Part shown: positions 22,906 through 32,952 of the stretch, piece after piece
How the letters are laid out: every line of letters starts with the position of its first letter
Position numbering within the stretch: position 1 is the first letter of the stretch
Assembly (NCBI GenBank): GCA_044225505.1
Contig: JBGAIN010000001.1
Span: 83,642-147,641 of the forward strand
From: Limisphaerales bacterium
GTDB taxonomy: Bacteria > Verrucomicrobiota > Verrucomicrobiia > Limisphaerales > SIBE01
DNA: 64,000 nucleotides
Reading direction: 5' to 3'
Notes under the pieces: generated by a model
Seen by the model: only the letters and a program-made list of their open reading frames with translations
Databases searched by the model: none
Told to the model about the DNA's origin: nothing
Made by a program: the position numbers and the translations under genes

Positions 22906-24393
22906 ATGTTGACCAGTATCCGCCCTGAGGTGACCCAATTCTTATCTTCTCAACCTCTCAAACAATTCATCGGTGGGGCCTGGACGGACGCGGCCGCCGG
23001 CGCAGTGTTTGAAACGCGCAATCCCGGCGAAGGCAACGTCCTGGCCCGCGTGGCGGCTGCCGATAAAGCCGACGTGGATCGAGCCGTGATCGCGGCTCAG
23101 GCGGCGTTTCGGACTAGTCCATGGGCGACCATGGCCGTCAATGATCGCGCCGTGATTCTCCATCGTTTGGCGGATCTGGTGGATGCTCATCGGGAGGTTT
23201 TGGCCCAAATTGAGTCCCTCGATGTGGGTAAACCGTTGAGCAATGCCATGGCTGCGGATGTTCCCAACGTAGCACAAACCTTGCGCTGGTATGCGGACCT
23301 GGCTGTGCACACGCGCCGCCGTGAGCCGGTAGCCGTATCAGGACTCGAAGCGTGGCAAGTGCGTGTGCCCTACGGAGTGTGTGGCTTTATTTTCCCCTGG
23401 AACTTCCCGTTTCTCCTGGTGGGCTGGGGGATCTCGCCAGCCTTGGCCGCAGGCAACACCGTGGTGATTAAACCTGCGGAAGATACGCCTCTGTCGACTT
23501 TGTACTTCTGCACTCTGGCCGAGCAAGCGGGGATCCCCAAAGGCGTTATCAACGTGATTACAGGTTATGGCGAGACAGCTGGCGCTGCCCTTGCGCAGCA
23601 CCCCGGCGTCCGTCGCATGTCCTTCACCGGCTCGCCGGAAGTCGGTAAATTGGTGGCCGGATCGTGCGGACGCAACCTCGTTCCGGTGAAACTCGAGCTG
23701 GGCGGCAAAGGGGCCGCCGTGGTTTTTGACGATGTGGACGTGGACGTCACCGCGGGCGCCCTCGCGGCCGCCGTGACACTCAATGCCGGCCAGGTCTGTT
23801 GCACTGCCACCCGTTGGATTGTGCACCAGCGCATTTTCGATCAACTCGTCAGCAAAGCAACCGAGGCCATGACCAAGCTTACCATCGGCTACGGCCTGGA
23901 TGAGGGCACGCAAATGGGTCCGGTCGTCAGCGAGAAGCAACGCCAGCGCGTTCTCGCCTATCTGGATAAAGGGGAGAAGCAAGGTGCCAAGCCTTTGCTT
24001 CGCGGCGGTCCGGTAACCGTGCCTGGTCATGAAAACGGGTTTTACGTCAAACCGGCTCTGTTAACCGGATCCACGGATAACCTCTGCTGGCGCGAAGAGA
24101 TTTTCGGCCCGGTCGCCTACGTCGTCCCCTTCCGCGATGAAGCAGAAGCCATCGACCTGGCGAATCGTTCTTCTTACGGCCTAGCCAACAGCGTCTGGAC
24201 CCAGAATCTCGGCCGGGCAACCCGCGTGGCCGAGGCCATGGTCGCTGGCAATAGCTGGATCAACGCGCACAACTTGTTTCCCCATGGCGTCCCTTACGGC
24301 GGCTGCAACTTGAGCGGCTGTGGCGGGGGCGTTCTCGGACCGGACACTCTCTTGGATTATTTGCGCGCTCAATCAGTCGTGCGTCCCGTCTAA
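22906..24393 (+). CDS. NAD(P)-dependent aldehyde dehydrogenase
   Basis: PWNFP, KPAEDTP, FTGS, LELGGK, NAGQVC, EEIFGPV. Confidence 0.95.
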   Translation: MLTSIRPEVTQFLSSQPLKQFIGGAWTDAAAGAVFETRNPGEGNVLARVAAADKADVDRAVIAAQAAFRTSPWATMAVNDRAVILHRLADLVDAHREVLAQIESLDVGKPLSNAMAADVPNVAQTLRWYADLAVHTRRREPVAVSGLEAWQVRVPYGVCGFIFPWNFPFLLVGWGISPALAAGNTVVIKPAEDTPLSTLYFCTLAEQAGIPKGVINVITGYGETAGAALAQHPGVRRMSFTGSPEVGKLVAGSCGRNLVPVKLELGGKGAAVVFDDVDVDVTAGALAAAVTLNAGQVCCTATRWIVHQRIFDQLVSKATEAMTKLTIGYGLDEGTQMGPVVSEKQRQRVLAYLDKGEKQGAKPLLRGGPVTVPGHENGFYVKPALLTGSTDNLCWREEIFGPVAYVVPFRDEAEAIDLANRSSYGLANSVWTQNLGRATRVAEAMVAGNSWINAHNLFPHGVPYGGCNLSGCGGGVLGPDTLLDYLRAQSVVRPV

Positions 24394-24581
24394 GGGGCGG
24401 CTGAAACGACCGAAGGCACGGTGTGGCTCTTTCGGTTTTATGGACGGGCACAGGACTTTTCGACAGATCGGGCGAGCTGGCAGCCTCTTTTCACCGATGC
24501 CGTGAAGAGGAGACATTGCGAGTCTCCTCTTCCTCGATCCAAAAAGCCTCACCGCGTTTGCCAGGACAATCGAGATCCAAT

Positions 24582-26246
24582 TCAGGGCGTGTGATAGCTG
24601 CCCCCAGTCCAACCGTTCTGAGCGGACTGGTTCAGATTTGCACCTCCGCTAACTGTGGAGTAATCGCCGCTCGCCGTGTTGGTTGCGCCTCCCGTGACGG
24701 AGGAAAGCGAACCAATGGCCGTGTTCCGATATCCTCCACCCACCCAGCTCGCAAATCCATATCCTGGACGGCCCGCAAGCGTGCCGCCAGCCACGTTCGT
24801 AAACCCACCGCTGACCGAAGACCAACTGCCAATGGCCGTGTTGTGAGACCCGCCGCTAACGGAAGAATATAATCCGCTCGCGGTATTGAATGTTCCGCCT
24901 GTAACGGACGATCCTGCTCCGCTAATCGTGTTCTCCTGCCCTGCGACAATTCCTTCGGAGGCAGAGTAGGTATGCTTCATGCCAACCACCAAGTTGTGTG
25001 AGCCCGATCGGTCCTTAGGCTGCAACGGATCGTCTTCATTGTATCCGATGATCAAGTTGCCCAATCCATTAACCCCAGGCGTGTTGCCACCGCCATTGCG
25101 GACATGCAAGTTGGCACCCTCGATGATCATGTCCGTACCCGAAACGTCCACGTAGGTAAGCTTGTTTCCGAGCGCCTGAACCTGTCCGGCTTGTGTTTGG
25201 ATCTGATCGGCTTGGGTCTGAACGTCGTGCCGGAGGTTTGCCGTGGTCGTCGTCTGTGCCGTGATCAATTGGGCCTGTGCTTGGAGGTCATTGTTAAGCT
25301 TTGCCGTGATCGTCGCCTGATCGCTGATCAGTTGCGCCTGTGCTTGAAGGCTCGATTGGAGAGCGGAATCGCCACTCAACGAATACCCGTCAAGGCTAGC
25401 AGCGTTGTAGGTGCCGCCACTCACCGAAGAATATTCGCCGCTCGCCGTGTTGGTTGCCCCCCCGCTGATAGCTGAGTAGTTGCCGCTCGCCGTGTTCCCG
25501 GACCCTCCACCGACCCAGGTGCCGCCAATTCCACTGGCCAAGTTGCCCGCCCCTCCGCTAACCGAGGAGAATCCGCCAAGGGCAGTGTTTTGAAAACCAC
25601 CGCTTACCGAAGAAAAGATCTGGCCGGCGGTGTTGAGTGTTCCGCCGGTGACAGAGGCGGCAGCACCGCTGATTGTGTTCTCCTGACCCGCCACAAGTCC
25701 ACCGTAAGTAGGGTAGGAATGCTTCATCCCAATCACCAGATTGTGGGAACCTCTGCGGGTTTTGGGCTTGGCCGGGTCGTCTTCGTTGTATCCGACGATC
25801 AGGTTGCCCAGCCCATTCGCCTCAGGCGTGCTGCCACGGCCGTTGCGGAGATGCAGGTTGGCACCTTCGATAACCATATCCGTGCCTGAAACGTTCACAT
25901 AGGTGAGCTTTGCTGCCAAATTCCTGACGGACTGCGCTTGTGTTTCCAACTTTGCCGTCAGAGTCGAGGTGATGGCGGCCTGTTCGTTGATCCGCTTAAC
26001 TTGGGATTGAAGACTCGTTTGCAGCGCTGAGATTGAGGTCGCATGCTGTTGAGTCTGCTGCTTCAAAATGGCAACGGCTGTGGACAGACTGGCCACCTGT
26101 GTTTCCAAAGCGGATACTCTTGTATCCAGACTCGTCGTTTTGTCGGTCGTCGTGGCAGCTTTAAGAGTCCCGTTCAGACTTTGAATAAGAATACTTGCGG
26201 TGAAAATGCACAGGGCAGTCAGGCGATTGGTGGCGTGTCGTCTCAT
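24582..26246 (-). CDS. Secreted fibre-like protein: two tandem [coiled coil - neck - GGxxNxA beta-roll] units
   Basis: Signal-like N-terminus from MRRHATN; duplicated KLTYV.VSGTDM.IEGANLH.RNG...NGLGNLI.GYNEDDP block and SVSGG..NTA repeats. Confidence 0.75.
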   Translation of the reverse strand: MRRHATNRLTALCIFTASILIQSLNGTLKAATTTDKTTSLDTRVSALETQVASLSTAVAILKQQTQQHATSISALQTSLQSQVKRINEQAAITSTLTAKLETQAQSVRNLAAKLTYVNVSGTDMVIEGANLHLRNGRGSTPEANGLGNLIVGYNEDDPAKPKTRRGSHNLVIGMKHSYPTYGGLVAGQENTISGAAASVTGGTLNTAGQIFSSVSGGFQNTALGGFSSVSGGAGNLASGIGGTWVGGGSGNTASGNYSAISGGATNTASGEYSSVSGGTYNAASLDGYSLSGDSALQSSLQAQAQLISDQATITAKLNNDLQAQAQLITAQTTTTANLRHDVQTQADQIQTQAGQVQALGNKLTYVDVSGTDMIIEGANLHVRNGGGNTPGVNGLGNLIIGYNEDDPLQPKDRSGSHNLVVGMKHTYSASEGIVAGQENTISGAGSSVTGGTFNTASGLYSSVSGGSHNTAIGSWSSVSGGFTNVAGGTLAGRPGYGFASWVGGGYRNTAIGSLSSVTGGATNTASGDYSTVSGGANLNQSAQNGWTGGSYHTP

Positions 26247-26860
26247 ACGGTTTGCTCTAATGGACGTTTCTTGTGAATAGTTCAGTTCCGTAAGTAGTAA
26301 GAAGAACGCCGGGACGAAGGTTCTGAAAAATCGGCAGCGATTTGGGATCGGACTCCCTGCCCGGTTGAAGCCAATCGCAAAACGATTTCCTCCCGTTCCC
26401 GTTTGGCGTCGGTATCGGCCTGCGTCGGTCGTCAAATCTACGGCACCGTGGAGGTCTGTTCGGGAATCACTCTGTCGGGGGACGTGCTCGGAGTGAAACC
26501 ATAACATCCAGGAAGGTCGGTCTGGGGCCAAGGCCGAGATGTTATAGTCGGGCGCTTGGATGAGCCGCTGGCTGGCCATCGTCAGCCCTTGGGATCGTGA
26601 GGGGTTTGCCGGCCTGCCGACGTTTAAAGCTCACCGCAGGAAACTCAACCGCGTCTTCGCCGACGCCCCTATTGAGCCGATTGACATGAACAAACCATTC
26701 CTTCGGACTGAAGAGGAATTGATCCGCTGGAACCGAGTTCAGTTGCCGCATCGCGAAACCTGGCACTAAGTGCGTAGAATTCATGTTATGCGGGGCTTGA
26801 AGGAATGCGGCGGGAGTTCGGATATCGTAACCGTTCCTTGCGTGTTCTAGTGTTAGCGCT

Positions 26861-27253
26861 ATGCGATTCCGATGGTCATGGCTCTTGCTTGTTCCTCTTA
26901 TTCTGTTTGCAGCTCTTGCGTTGCGACCCGACCCAGTCACTGCCGTGTACACGTCTGTCGGATCGGGCAGGGCTGATGGCGGAGCCACTTTAACCTTTCG
27001 CGCTTCCGGACGGCTCACCTCGGAGGGAGGCCCTATCGAATGGCGGGGGCGATACGCATCGAATGCCACAGGATATGTCACTGCACTCCGGCCCAAGCAT
27101 CCACTCGCAGTCTTTATGTCTGCCCAGCAGCAAACTCTGATTCGCTATACCACCAACAGTGAGGAGTACCTTCTCAGTTTATCTGAATATCGACCGCTTC
27201 TCGCGACTGGCGATACCAACCGCCTAGTTCAATGTCTTAAGCGAGTGCGCTAA
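26861..27253 (+). CDS. Small secreted/membrane hypothetical protein, possibly gene-cassette-derived
   Basis: Hydrophobic N-terminus; flanked by GTTAGCGC (26852-26859) and GCGCTAAC (27247-27254). Confidence 0.55.
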   Translation: MRFRWSWLLLVPLILFAALALRPDPVTAVYTSVGSGRADGGATLTFRASGRLTSEGGPIEWRGRYASNATGYVTALRPKHPLAVFMSAQQQTLIRYTTNSEEYLLSLSEYRPLLATGDTNRLVQCLKRVR

Positions 27254-27353
27254 CCCAACCGATTCGACGGAGTCGGCGATTCCCGACCGATGACGAATCG
27301 ATCACCGCTGTGCGACCAGTGCGGCCGTCGTGAGGAACAAAGAAAGGAAAGCG

Positions 27354-27788
27354 ATGAGTGTTAAACGAATGGACAACGTCCTGATCGTTGTTGACGACCT
27401 CGAGGCTGTGAAGGCGTTCTTTATAAGACTGGGCCTTCAGCTCGAGGGCGAATCGACCGTCGAAAGCCCTTTAGTCGGCAGCCTGATCGGACTCAAGGAT
27501 GTCCGGGCCACCCTCGCGATGCTGCGCACTCCCGATGGGCAGGGGATCGAGTTGGACAAATTTCACACGCCCAACGCGATCCGGTTTGGGCCGGTGGACG
27601 CGCCGGTGAACACGCTGGGCCTCCGTCGCATCATGTTCGCCGTCGAGGACATCAACGCGGTCGTTGCGCGCATGTGCGCCCACGGAGTCGAACTCATCGG
27701 GGAAATGCAGTATGAGGACACCTACCGCCTAGCCTACCTCCGCGGGCCCGAGGGCATCATCGTCGCGCTCGCCGAGCAACTTGGTTAA
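27354..27788 (+). CDS. VOC/glyoxalase family protein
   Basis: RMDNVLIVVDDLEA, IELDKF, LGLRRIMFAVED, YLRGPEGIIVALAE; AAGGA RBS. Confidence 0.9.
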   Translation: MSVKRMDNVLIVVDDLEAVKAFFIRLGLQLEGESTVESPLVGSLIGLKDVRATLAMLRTPDGQGIELDKFHTPNAIRFGPVDAPVNTLGLRRIMFAVEDINAVVARMCAHGVELIGEMQYEDTYRLAYLRGPEGIIVALAEQLG

Positions 27789-27839
27789 GGTGTCCCTGGT
27801 ATGAGGCGGAGGGGCGTTGTGGGGTTAGGCGGAAGTGCC

Positions 27840-27865
27840 ATCCGCCTCCTGACGTCGGCCGCTAC
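27840..27865 (-). repeat. GTAG-type REP-like palindromic unit
   Basis: Minus strand GTAGCGGCCGACGTCAGGAGGCGGAT (reads IRLLTSAAT on plus); partial inverted partner GAGGCGGA at 27803-27810. Confidence 0.6.
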
Positions 27866-28095
27866 CCGGGATGAGCTTAGGGTCCGTTTTCACCGGGACT
27901 CGGATGGCAAAGTTCATATGAAGAAGTCTCTTGGATTCGACTTGAAAAGAGGCGCTCGTTCTCTGTCATCCGGCGCCCAAAACGATTCTGTGGTGACTAT
28001 GCGAAGATACGATAATTCTGGATGATAGTTTCGAGAATCATTATACCGTAGTCGATTCGGTTCGCGGAAAACCAAGGCGCCGCCTTTTATTCGAC

Positions 28096-29493
28096 ATGAA
28101 AATGACAGTCACGCTGTTCGGAGCTGCGGGTGAAGTCACCGGTTCGGCTTACCATGTTCAGACTCAAAACGCTTCGGTCCTGGTCGATTTCGGAATGTTT
28201 CAAGGACGCGAGATGGTCTCCAGTGCCAATCGTGTTCCAAAGCAATTGGACGTGGATACGTTGGATGCCGTCGTGCTCACGCACGCCCATTTGGACCACG
28301 TCGGGCGTCTTCCACTGCTCGTTAAGCGCGGTTATAAGGGCCCCATCTTTGCTACCCCTGCCTCCCTTGAATTTACGAAGTTGATTCTCGAGGACGCCGC
28401 TAAAGTGCAGGAGCAAGACACTGACCGGCACAATCGCCAACGGGCGGAGAAGGATAAACCACCGGTGGAGCCGTTGTTCGGCCTTAATGATGTGGCCGGC
28501 GTCGTCGCTCTCTTTAAGCCGCTGCCCTACGAAGAGTCTTTTACGGTTGCTCCCGGAATTTCGGTCCGCATGTTTGAAGCGGGTCATATCCTGGGTTCGA
28601 CCAGTATCGAGATGACGCTCGAAAACTCTGGCGTGCGACGCGTCGTGGTGTTTTCTGGTGATATCGGACCACGCAACTCTCCCATCCTTCGCGACCCGGC
28701 CTGTCTTCATCACGGAAGCTTGGTCTTTCTCGAATCAACCTACGGAGATCGCGATCACCGACCGCTCCCTGAGACCATCGCCGAGTTTCGTGCGCTGGTG
28801 AAGGGCGCAGTGGAAAGGCGCGGCAAAATTTTTGTGCCGACGTTTGCTGTAGGACGGGCTCAAGCGCTTCTGTATCACTTGGCGAGCATGTTTGCCGAAG
28901 AAATCGTGCCGCCGTTTCCGGTAGTCCTCGATAGTCCGATGGCGATCGCCGCGACCCAATTGCATGTGCGCCACCCAGAGCTATTCGACGAGGAAATGTT
29001 GCGCCGGGCCGGTGAGGAAAACTTCCTTAAGGACTTCAAAAACCTCCAGCATTCGGTCACGGCCGACGATTCCCGGCGGTTGAACGACCTTCCAGGACCT
29101 TGTTTAATCATGGCGGGTGCGGGGATGTGCAATGCCGGCAGGATTCTGCATCATCTCCGGCACAATCTAGGCGATCCGAACTCCGTCGTGATCATTGTCG
29201 GTTATCAAGTCCCTGGATCTCTCGGGCGATCGCTCATTGATGGCGCCAAGCAGGTTTCCATTTTCGGCGAAGCCATACAGGTCCAGGCTGCCTGTCACAG
29301 TCTCGGCGGCTTCAGTGCTCACGCGGCGCAAACCGATTTGCTAAACTGGTTCTCGTGTCTGGCTCCGAAGCATCCCAGAGTTGTCCTGACGCACGGTGAA
29401 GATCGCGGTCGCCTCCCACTGGCCGAATTGATCGAAAAGCGTTTCCGATTGAAACCGTATTTGCCCGAGCTCTGGGATGTGATTGAGATTTGA
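28096..29493 (+). CDS. Metallo-beta-lactamase beta-CASP family RNA-processing nuclease
   Basis: GAAGEVTGS, THAHLDHVG, AGHILGS, ESTYG, FAVGR, GFSAHA, THGE. Confidence 0.93.
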   Translation: MKMTVTLFGAAGEVTGSAYHVQTQNASVLVDFGMFQGREMVSSANRVPKQLDVDTLDAVVLTHAHLDHVGRLPLLVKRGYKGPIFATPASLEFTKLILEDAAKVQEQDTDRHNRQRAEKDKPPVEPLFGLNDVAGVVALFKPLPYEESFTVAPGISVRMFEAGHILGSTSIEMTLENSGVRRVVVFSGDIGPRNSPILRDPACLHHGSLVFLESTYGDRDHRPLPETIAEFRALVKGAVERRGKIFVPTFAVGRAQALLYHLASMFAEEIVPPFPVVLDSPMAIAATQLHVRHPELFDEEMLRRAGEENFLKDFKNLQHSVTADDSRRLNDLPGPCLIMAGAGMCNAGRILHHLRHNLGDPNSVVIIVGYQVPGSLGRSLIDGAKQVSIFGEAIQVQAACHSLGGFSAHAAQTDLLNWFSCLAPKHPRVVLTHGEDRGRLPLAELIEKRFRLKPYLPELWDVIEI

Positions 29494-29683
29494 AAGTGGC
29501 AACGGGTGGTGCTCGAAGATCGGAGGGAGCAGCGGACCGCTCTCGCCGTGGGTGACCTGGACGGAGATGGCCAAGACGAGGCTGCGTCTGGGTTGGTGAA
29601 TAGCTTGATCATAACTACCGATAAGTCCTCCTTCACCTGCCTCGGCCGTATCTCTTACCTTGGAGCAGAGCAGATGAAATGAT

Positions 29684-30189
29684 ATGGGCAAGATGACGGA
29701 AAAACTACGTCGCGAATTTAAGCGGGAGCTCGGGACGAAGATGATCCCGTTGGCTGCCGTCCAACGAGGCGAGCACAACGCACAATCATTTCCCGGCGTG
29801 GTTGATCTTATCAAGGAGGGGCATCATCCTCTCCATGCGATTTATTCGAACGTGACGAACCTCATTTCCAAATGAGTTCACCGAGTGTGGCCACGACAAC
29901 TCCCTACGTCTTGGCCGGGTATCCGGAATCGGACTGGCTCGAGTATTTTGATCGCCATCAAATCGTTCCAGGAACGTTAGGCTGTGAAGAGCGGTTAGGC
30001 CGGCACATGAAGCGCGGCAGGGATGAATGGTATTGGTCCGAATTCGTATTTTACGGCTATGTCAACCACCGGCCGGACGCAATCTTTTTGACGGGGTTTC
30101 CCGATCGTCTCGAGACTCAACCGCACCATGAGAAGTTCGACCAAACGACGTTTCGCGAGCCGTTGATCAGGGCCGCTTTCACCGCATGA
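29684..30189 (+). pseudogene. Two short overlapping ORFs, probably the N- and C-terminal remains of one hypothetical gene
   Basis: 29684-29875 (…HPLHAIYSNVTNLISK) and 29872-30189 (…TTPYVL…RHMKRG…YWSEFVFYGYVNH…AIFLTGFPD); ATGA overlap with the SNF2 gene. Family assignment is from recollection only. Confidence 0.45.
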
Positions 30190-32939
30190 GTGAGTCTCCC
30201 TCGGCCATCTCCGATCTTTTGCTGACACCGCATGGTCTTCTCCGGGTTGATCCCGCCCCCGAACCTTCTCCATGGCCAGAACCCGAAGCGGGACGGCGGA
30301 TTGCCGCAGCGCTGACGGAAGATATTGGGCAAGGGCTGCTGCACCTGGGCACTCGGGAACTGAATGTTCCTCTGCCGCTAAGCGCCGGATGGTGGCGCGA
30401 GTTCGCCCGCCAGTACCTCACTCGGCTTTGCCACACCCCTGACCTTGAACAAGCCCGGCTCCTGGATCCCGTGCCTGCGCCGGCTGAGCCGGAACTTCTC
30501 CGTTTGATTCAAGCGGCGCCCCCGATGCTGGGGGGAGAATATCTGAATCCGGATTTGCTGGCTGTCCTTTGGCGGCGTCTGGATGAATGTGTTCGAGCCA
30601 AGGTGGCGGCGCATCCGGGCGGCGCTGGGACTTGGCTCAAAGAGGCGCATCCGCTCTGGCGTTTGGTGGGGCGTGTAAGCTTTCATTTGGCGGAGAACAA
30701 GCAGCATCCCACGCATCCGTTTGCCTTTATGGCCAGCTACGCCTCGCGCATCTCGAGCCAATCTCGGGTGCAGCATTTGCCCTTGGGCCGCGCGCTGCAG
30801 GAATATGCGGCGGCGAAGGACAAGCAGGCCTTGGTGAACCTCCTTTCGCCAGTGCAGAAAGCGGCCGAGAAGAGCGTGCTCATTAAAGAGTTGGTGGAGT
30901 CCAATCGCATCTTTAAAGCGTTGCCGTGGTCGCCGGCTGAGGCGTATCGCTTTCTCAAGGATGCCAAAGTTTGCGAAGACGCCGGTATCATCGTCCGATT
31001 GCCCGACTGGTGGAAGGGTGGGCGCCCGCCGCGGCCTCGGATCAGCGTGCGCATCGGTCAGAACCGCTCCGCGGGCTTGGGCACAGACGCTCTGCTGGAT
31101 TTCTCAGCGGATAAGACCTTGGATGGCGAACCGCTGACTGAGCAGGAATGGCAATCGCTATTGCAGTCGGCCGAGGGACTGGCGCTGGTTCGAGGAAAAT
31201 GGGTCGAGGTCAATCCGGAGAAGCTGCAGCAGGCGCTGGCCCATTGGAAACAAGTCGAGAAACTCACTCGTCGGGATGGTTTGACCTTTTTCGAGGGGAT
31301 GCGCCTGATGGCGGGATTCCAGTCGGGGGCATCGAGTCAAGCGGCTGAATCCGAAGAGCGAGAGGACCGCGAGTGGGCAGGGGTTGAGCCGGGACATTGG
31401 CTGGATGCGGTGCTGAGAGAACTCCGCGATCCAGCCCAAATTGGCGGCGAATGCAACATCCCCGGGTTGCAGGCGCAACTTCGGCCATATCAAGCGGTAG
31501 GTGTGAATTGGCTCTGGCTGCTCTCGCGGTTGGGACTCGGCGGATGTTTGGCGGACGATATGGGCCTGGGCAAGACGCTCCAAGTCCTAGCCCTGTTGCT
31601 GAGGCGCAAAAGCGATTCGGTCGCACTCGGAAATTCTGGATCTGAGAAGCAGGCACGCAAACCGAACCTGCTCGTTGTGCCAGCGTCGCTGCTGGCCAAT
31701 TGGCGTGCCGAAATCAGCCGATTCACGCCGACGCTGAAATTCCTAATTGTACACCCATCGGAAGCCGAGGACCTGAGTTCGTTAGTCGAGCCCACCCACC
31801 TGGCGAAGGTCGACCTCGTCATCACCACGTATGGCATGTTGGCGAGGCAAGAAGAATTGCGCCGATGTCAATGGGATTTGGCGATTCTGGACGAAGCCCA
31901 AGCCATCAAGAATCCCGAGATACGCCAGACTCGCGCGGTCAAAGAGTTGAAAACCCAAGGCCGCTTTGCCTTGACCGGAACCCCCGTGGAGAACCGCGCG
32001 GCGGATCTTTGGTCCATCTTCGACTTTCTCAACCCGGGACTACTCGGATCGGCGGGGGAATTTCGGAAATTCATCCGGGCCCGCGAGAGTGCCGAACGGA
32101 TCGATTACTCGCCATTGCGGAATATTACGCGGCCCTACATCCTCCGCCGCTTAAAAACTGACAAGCGCGTCATTACGGATCTCCCGGACAAAACGGAAGT
32201 CCGCACTTGGTGTTCGCTCACTAAGGCGCAAGCGGCCCTGTATCAAGAAGGGGTATCGGCATTGGCCGAAGCACTAGAGAATGCCGAGGGAATCCAGCGG
32301 AGGGGATTGGTGCTCGCCGCGATTATGCGTTTCAAGCAGATCTGTAATCACCCGTCGCAATGGTTAAATGACGGCGCTTACCTTCCCGAGGCCAGTGGCA
32401 AGTTCGCTCGCTTGCGTGAACTGGCGGAGGAGATCGCCGAGCGGCAGGAGAAGGCTCTCGTCTTCACACAATTCCGCGAAGTGACCGAACCGCTGGCGGG
32501 CTTCCTGGCCCAAGTCTTCCAAAGGCCGGGTTTGGTGCTGCATGGGGGCACGCCAGTGGCTCAGAGGCGCAAGCTCGTCGAGTCTTTCCAGCGGGACGAT
32601 GGTCCTCCCTTTTTCCTACTCACGGTCAAGGCGGGCGGGACTGGCCTGAACCTTACCGAGGCCGCGCACGTTTTGCACTTCGACCGCTGGTGGAACCCCG
32701 CGGTAGAGAATCAAGCGACCGATCGCGCATTTCGGATTGGGCAGAAGCGAAATGTGCTCGTCCACAAGTTCGTCTGTCGCGGAACGATTGAGGAGCGCAT
32801 TGACCAGGTGATCGAAGACAAGAAGACATTGAGCAGTGAACTTCTGGAAGGCGGCGGAGAAAAGCTGCTTACGGAAATGAATAACGACGAGTTGCTTCGC
32901 TTCGTCGCTCTGGACTTGAAGCGAGCGACAGAAGCATGA
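30186..32939 (+). CDS. SNF2/SWI2-family ATPase (DUF3670-type N-terminus)
   Basis: LRPYQ, LADDMGLGKT, DEAQAIKN, LTGTPVEN, KAGGTGLNL, DRWWNPAVENQATDRAFRIGQ. Confidence 0.95.
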   Translation: MSESPSAISDLLLTPHGLLRVDPAPEPSPWPEPEAGRRIAAALTEDIGQGLLHLGTRELNVPLPLSAGWWREFARQYLTRLCHTPDLEQARLLDPVPAPAEPELLRLIQAAPPMLGGEYLNPDLLAVLWRRLDECVRAKVAAHPGGAGTWLKEAHPLWRLVGRVSFHLAENKQHPTHPFAFMASYASRISSQSRVQHLPLGRALQEYAAAKDKQALVNLLSPVQKAAEKSVLIKELVESNRIFKALPWSPAEAYRFLKDAKVCEDAGIIVRLPDWWKGGRPPRPRISVRIGQNRSAGLGTDALLDFSADKTLDGEPLTEQEWQSLLQSAEGLALVRGKWVEVNPEKLQQALAHWKQVEKLTRRDGLTFFEGMRLMAGFQSGASSQAAESEEREDREWAGVEPGHWLDAVLRELRDPAQIGGECNIPGLQAQLRPYQAVGVNWLWLLSRLGLGGCLADDMGLGKTLQVLALLLRRKSDSVALGNSGSEKQARKPNLLVVPASLLANWRAEISRFTPTLKFLIVHPSEAEDLSSLVEPTHLAKVDLVITTYGMLARQEELRRCQWDLAILDEAQAIKNPEIRQTRAVKELKTQGRFALTGTPVENRAADLWSIFDFLNPGLLGSAGEFRKFIRARESAERIDYSPLRNITRPYILRRLKTDKRVITDLPDKTEVRTWCSLTKAQAALYQEGVSALAEALENAEGIQRRGLVLAAIMRFKQICNHPSQWLNDGAYLPEASGKFARLRELAEEIAERQEKALVFTQFREVTEPLAGFLAQVFQRPGLVLHGGTPVAQRRKLVESFQRDDGPPFFLLTVKAGGTGLNLTEAAHVLHFDRWWNPAVENQATDRAFRIGQKRNVLVHKFVCRGTIEERIDQVIEDKKTLSSELLEGGGEKLLTEMNNDELLRFVALDLKRATEA

Positions 32940-32952
32940 TTAGGTTAATCAA

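Noticed and set aside
24394..24445. Hairpin followed by TTTT after the aldehyde dehydrogenase
   Set aside because: Stem is imperfect; insufficient to call a terminator.
26247..26579. 111-codon N-terminal extension of the fibre-like ORF (and similar extensions at 4015-4125, 19430-19522, 47813-47962)
   Set aside because: Signal-peptide position and RBS evidence favour the downstream starts; open frames are expected in GC-rich DNA.
29491..29493. Selenocysteine or programmed readthrough at the nuclease TGA
   Set aside because: The nuclease domain is already complete and no SECIS-like hairpin is evident; a gene remnant is the simpler explanation.
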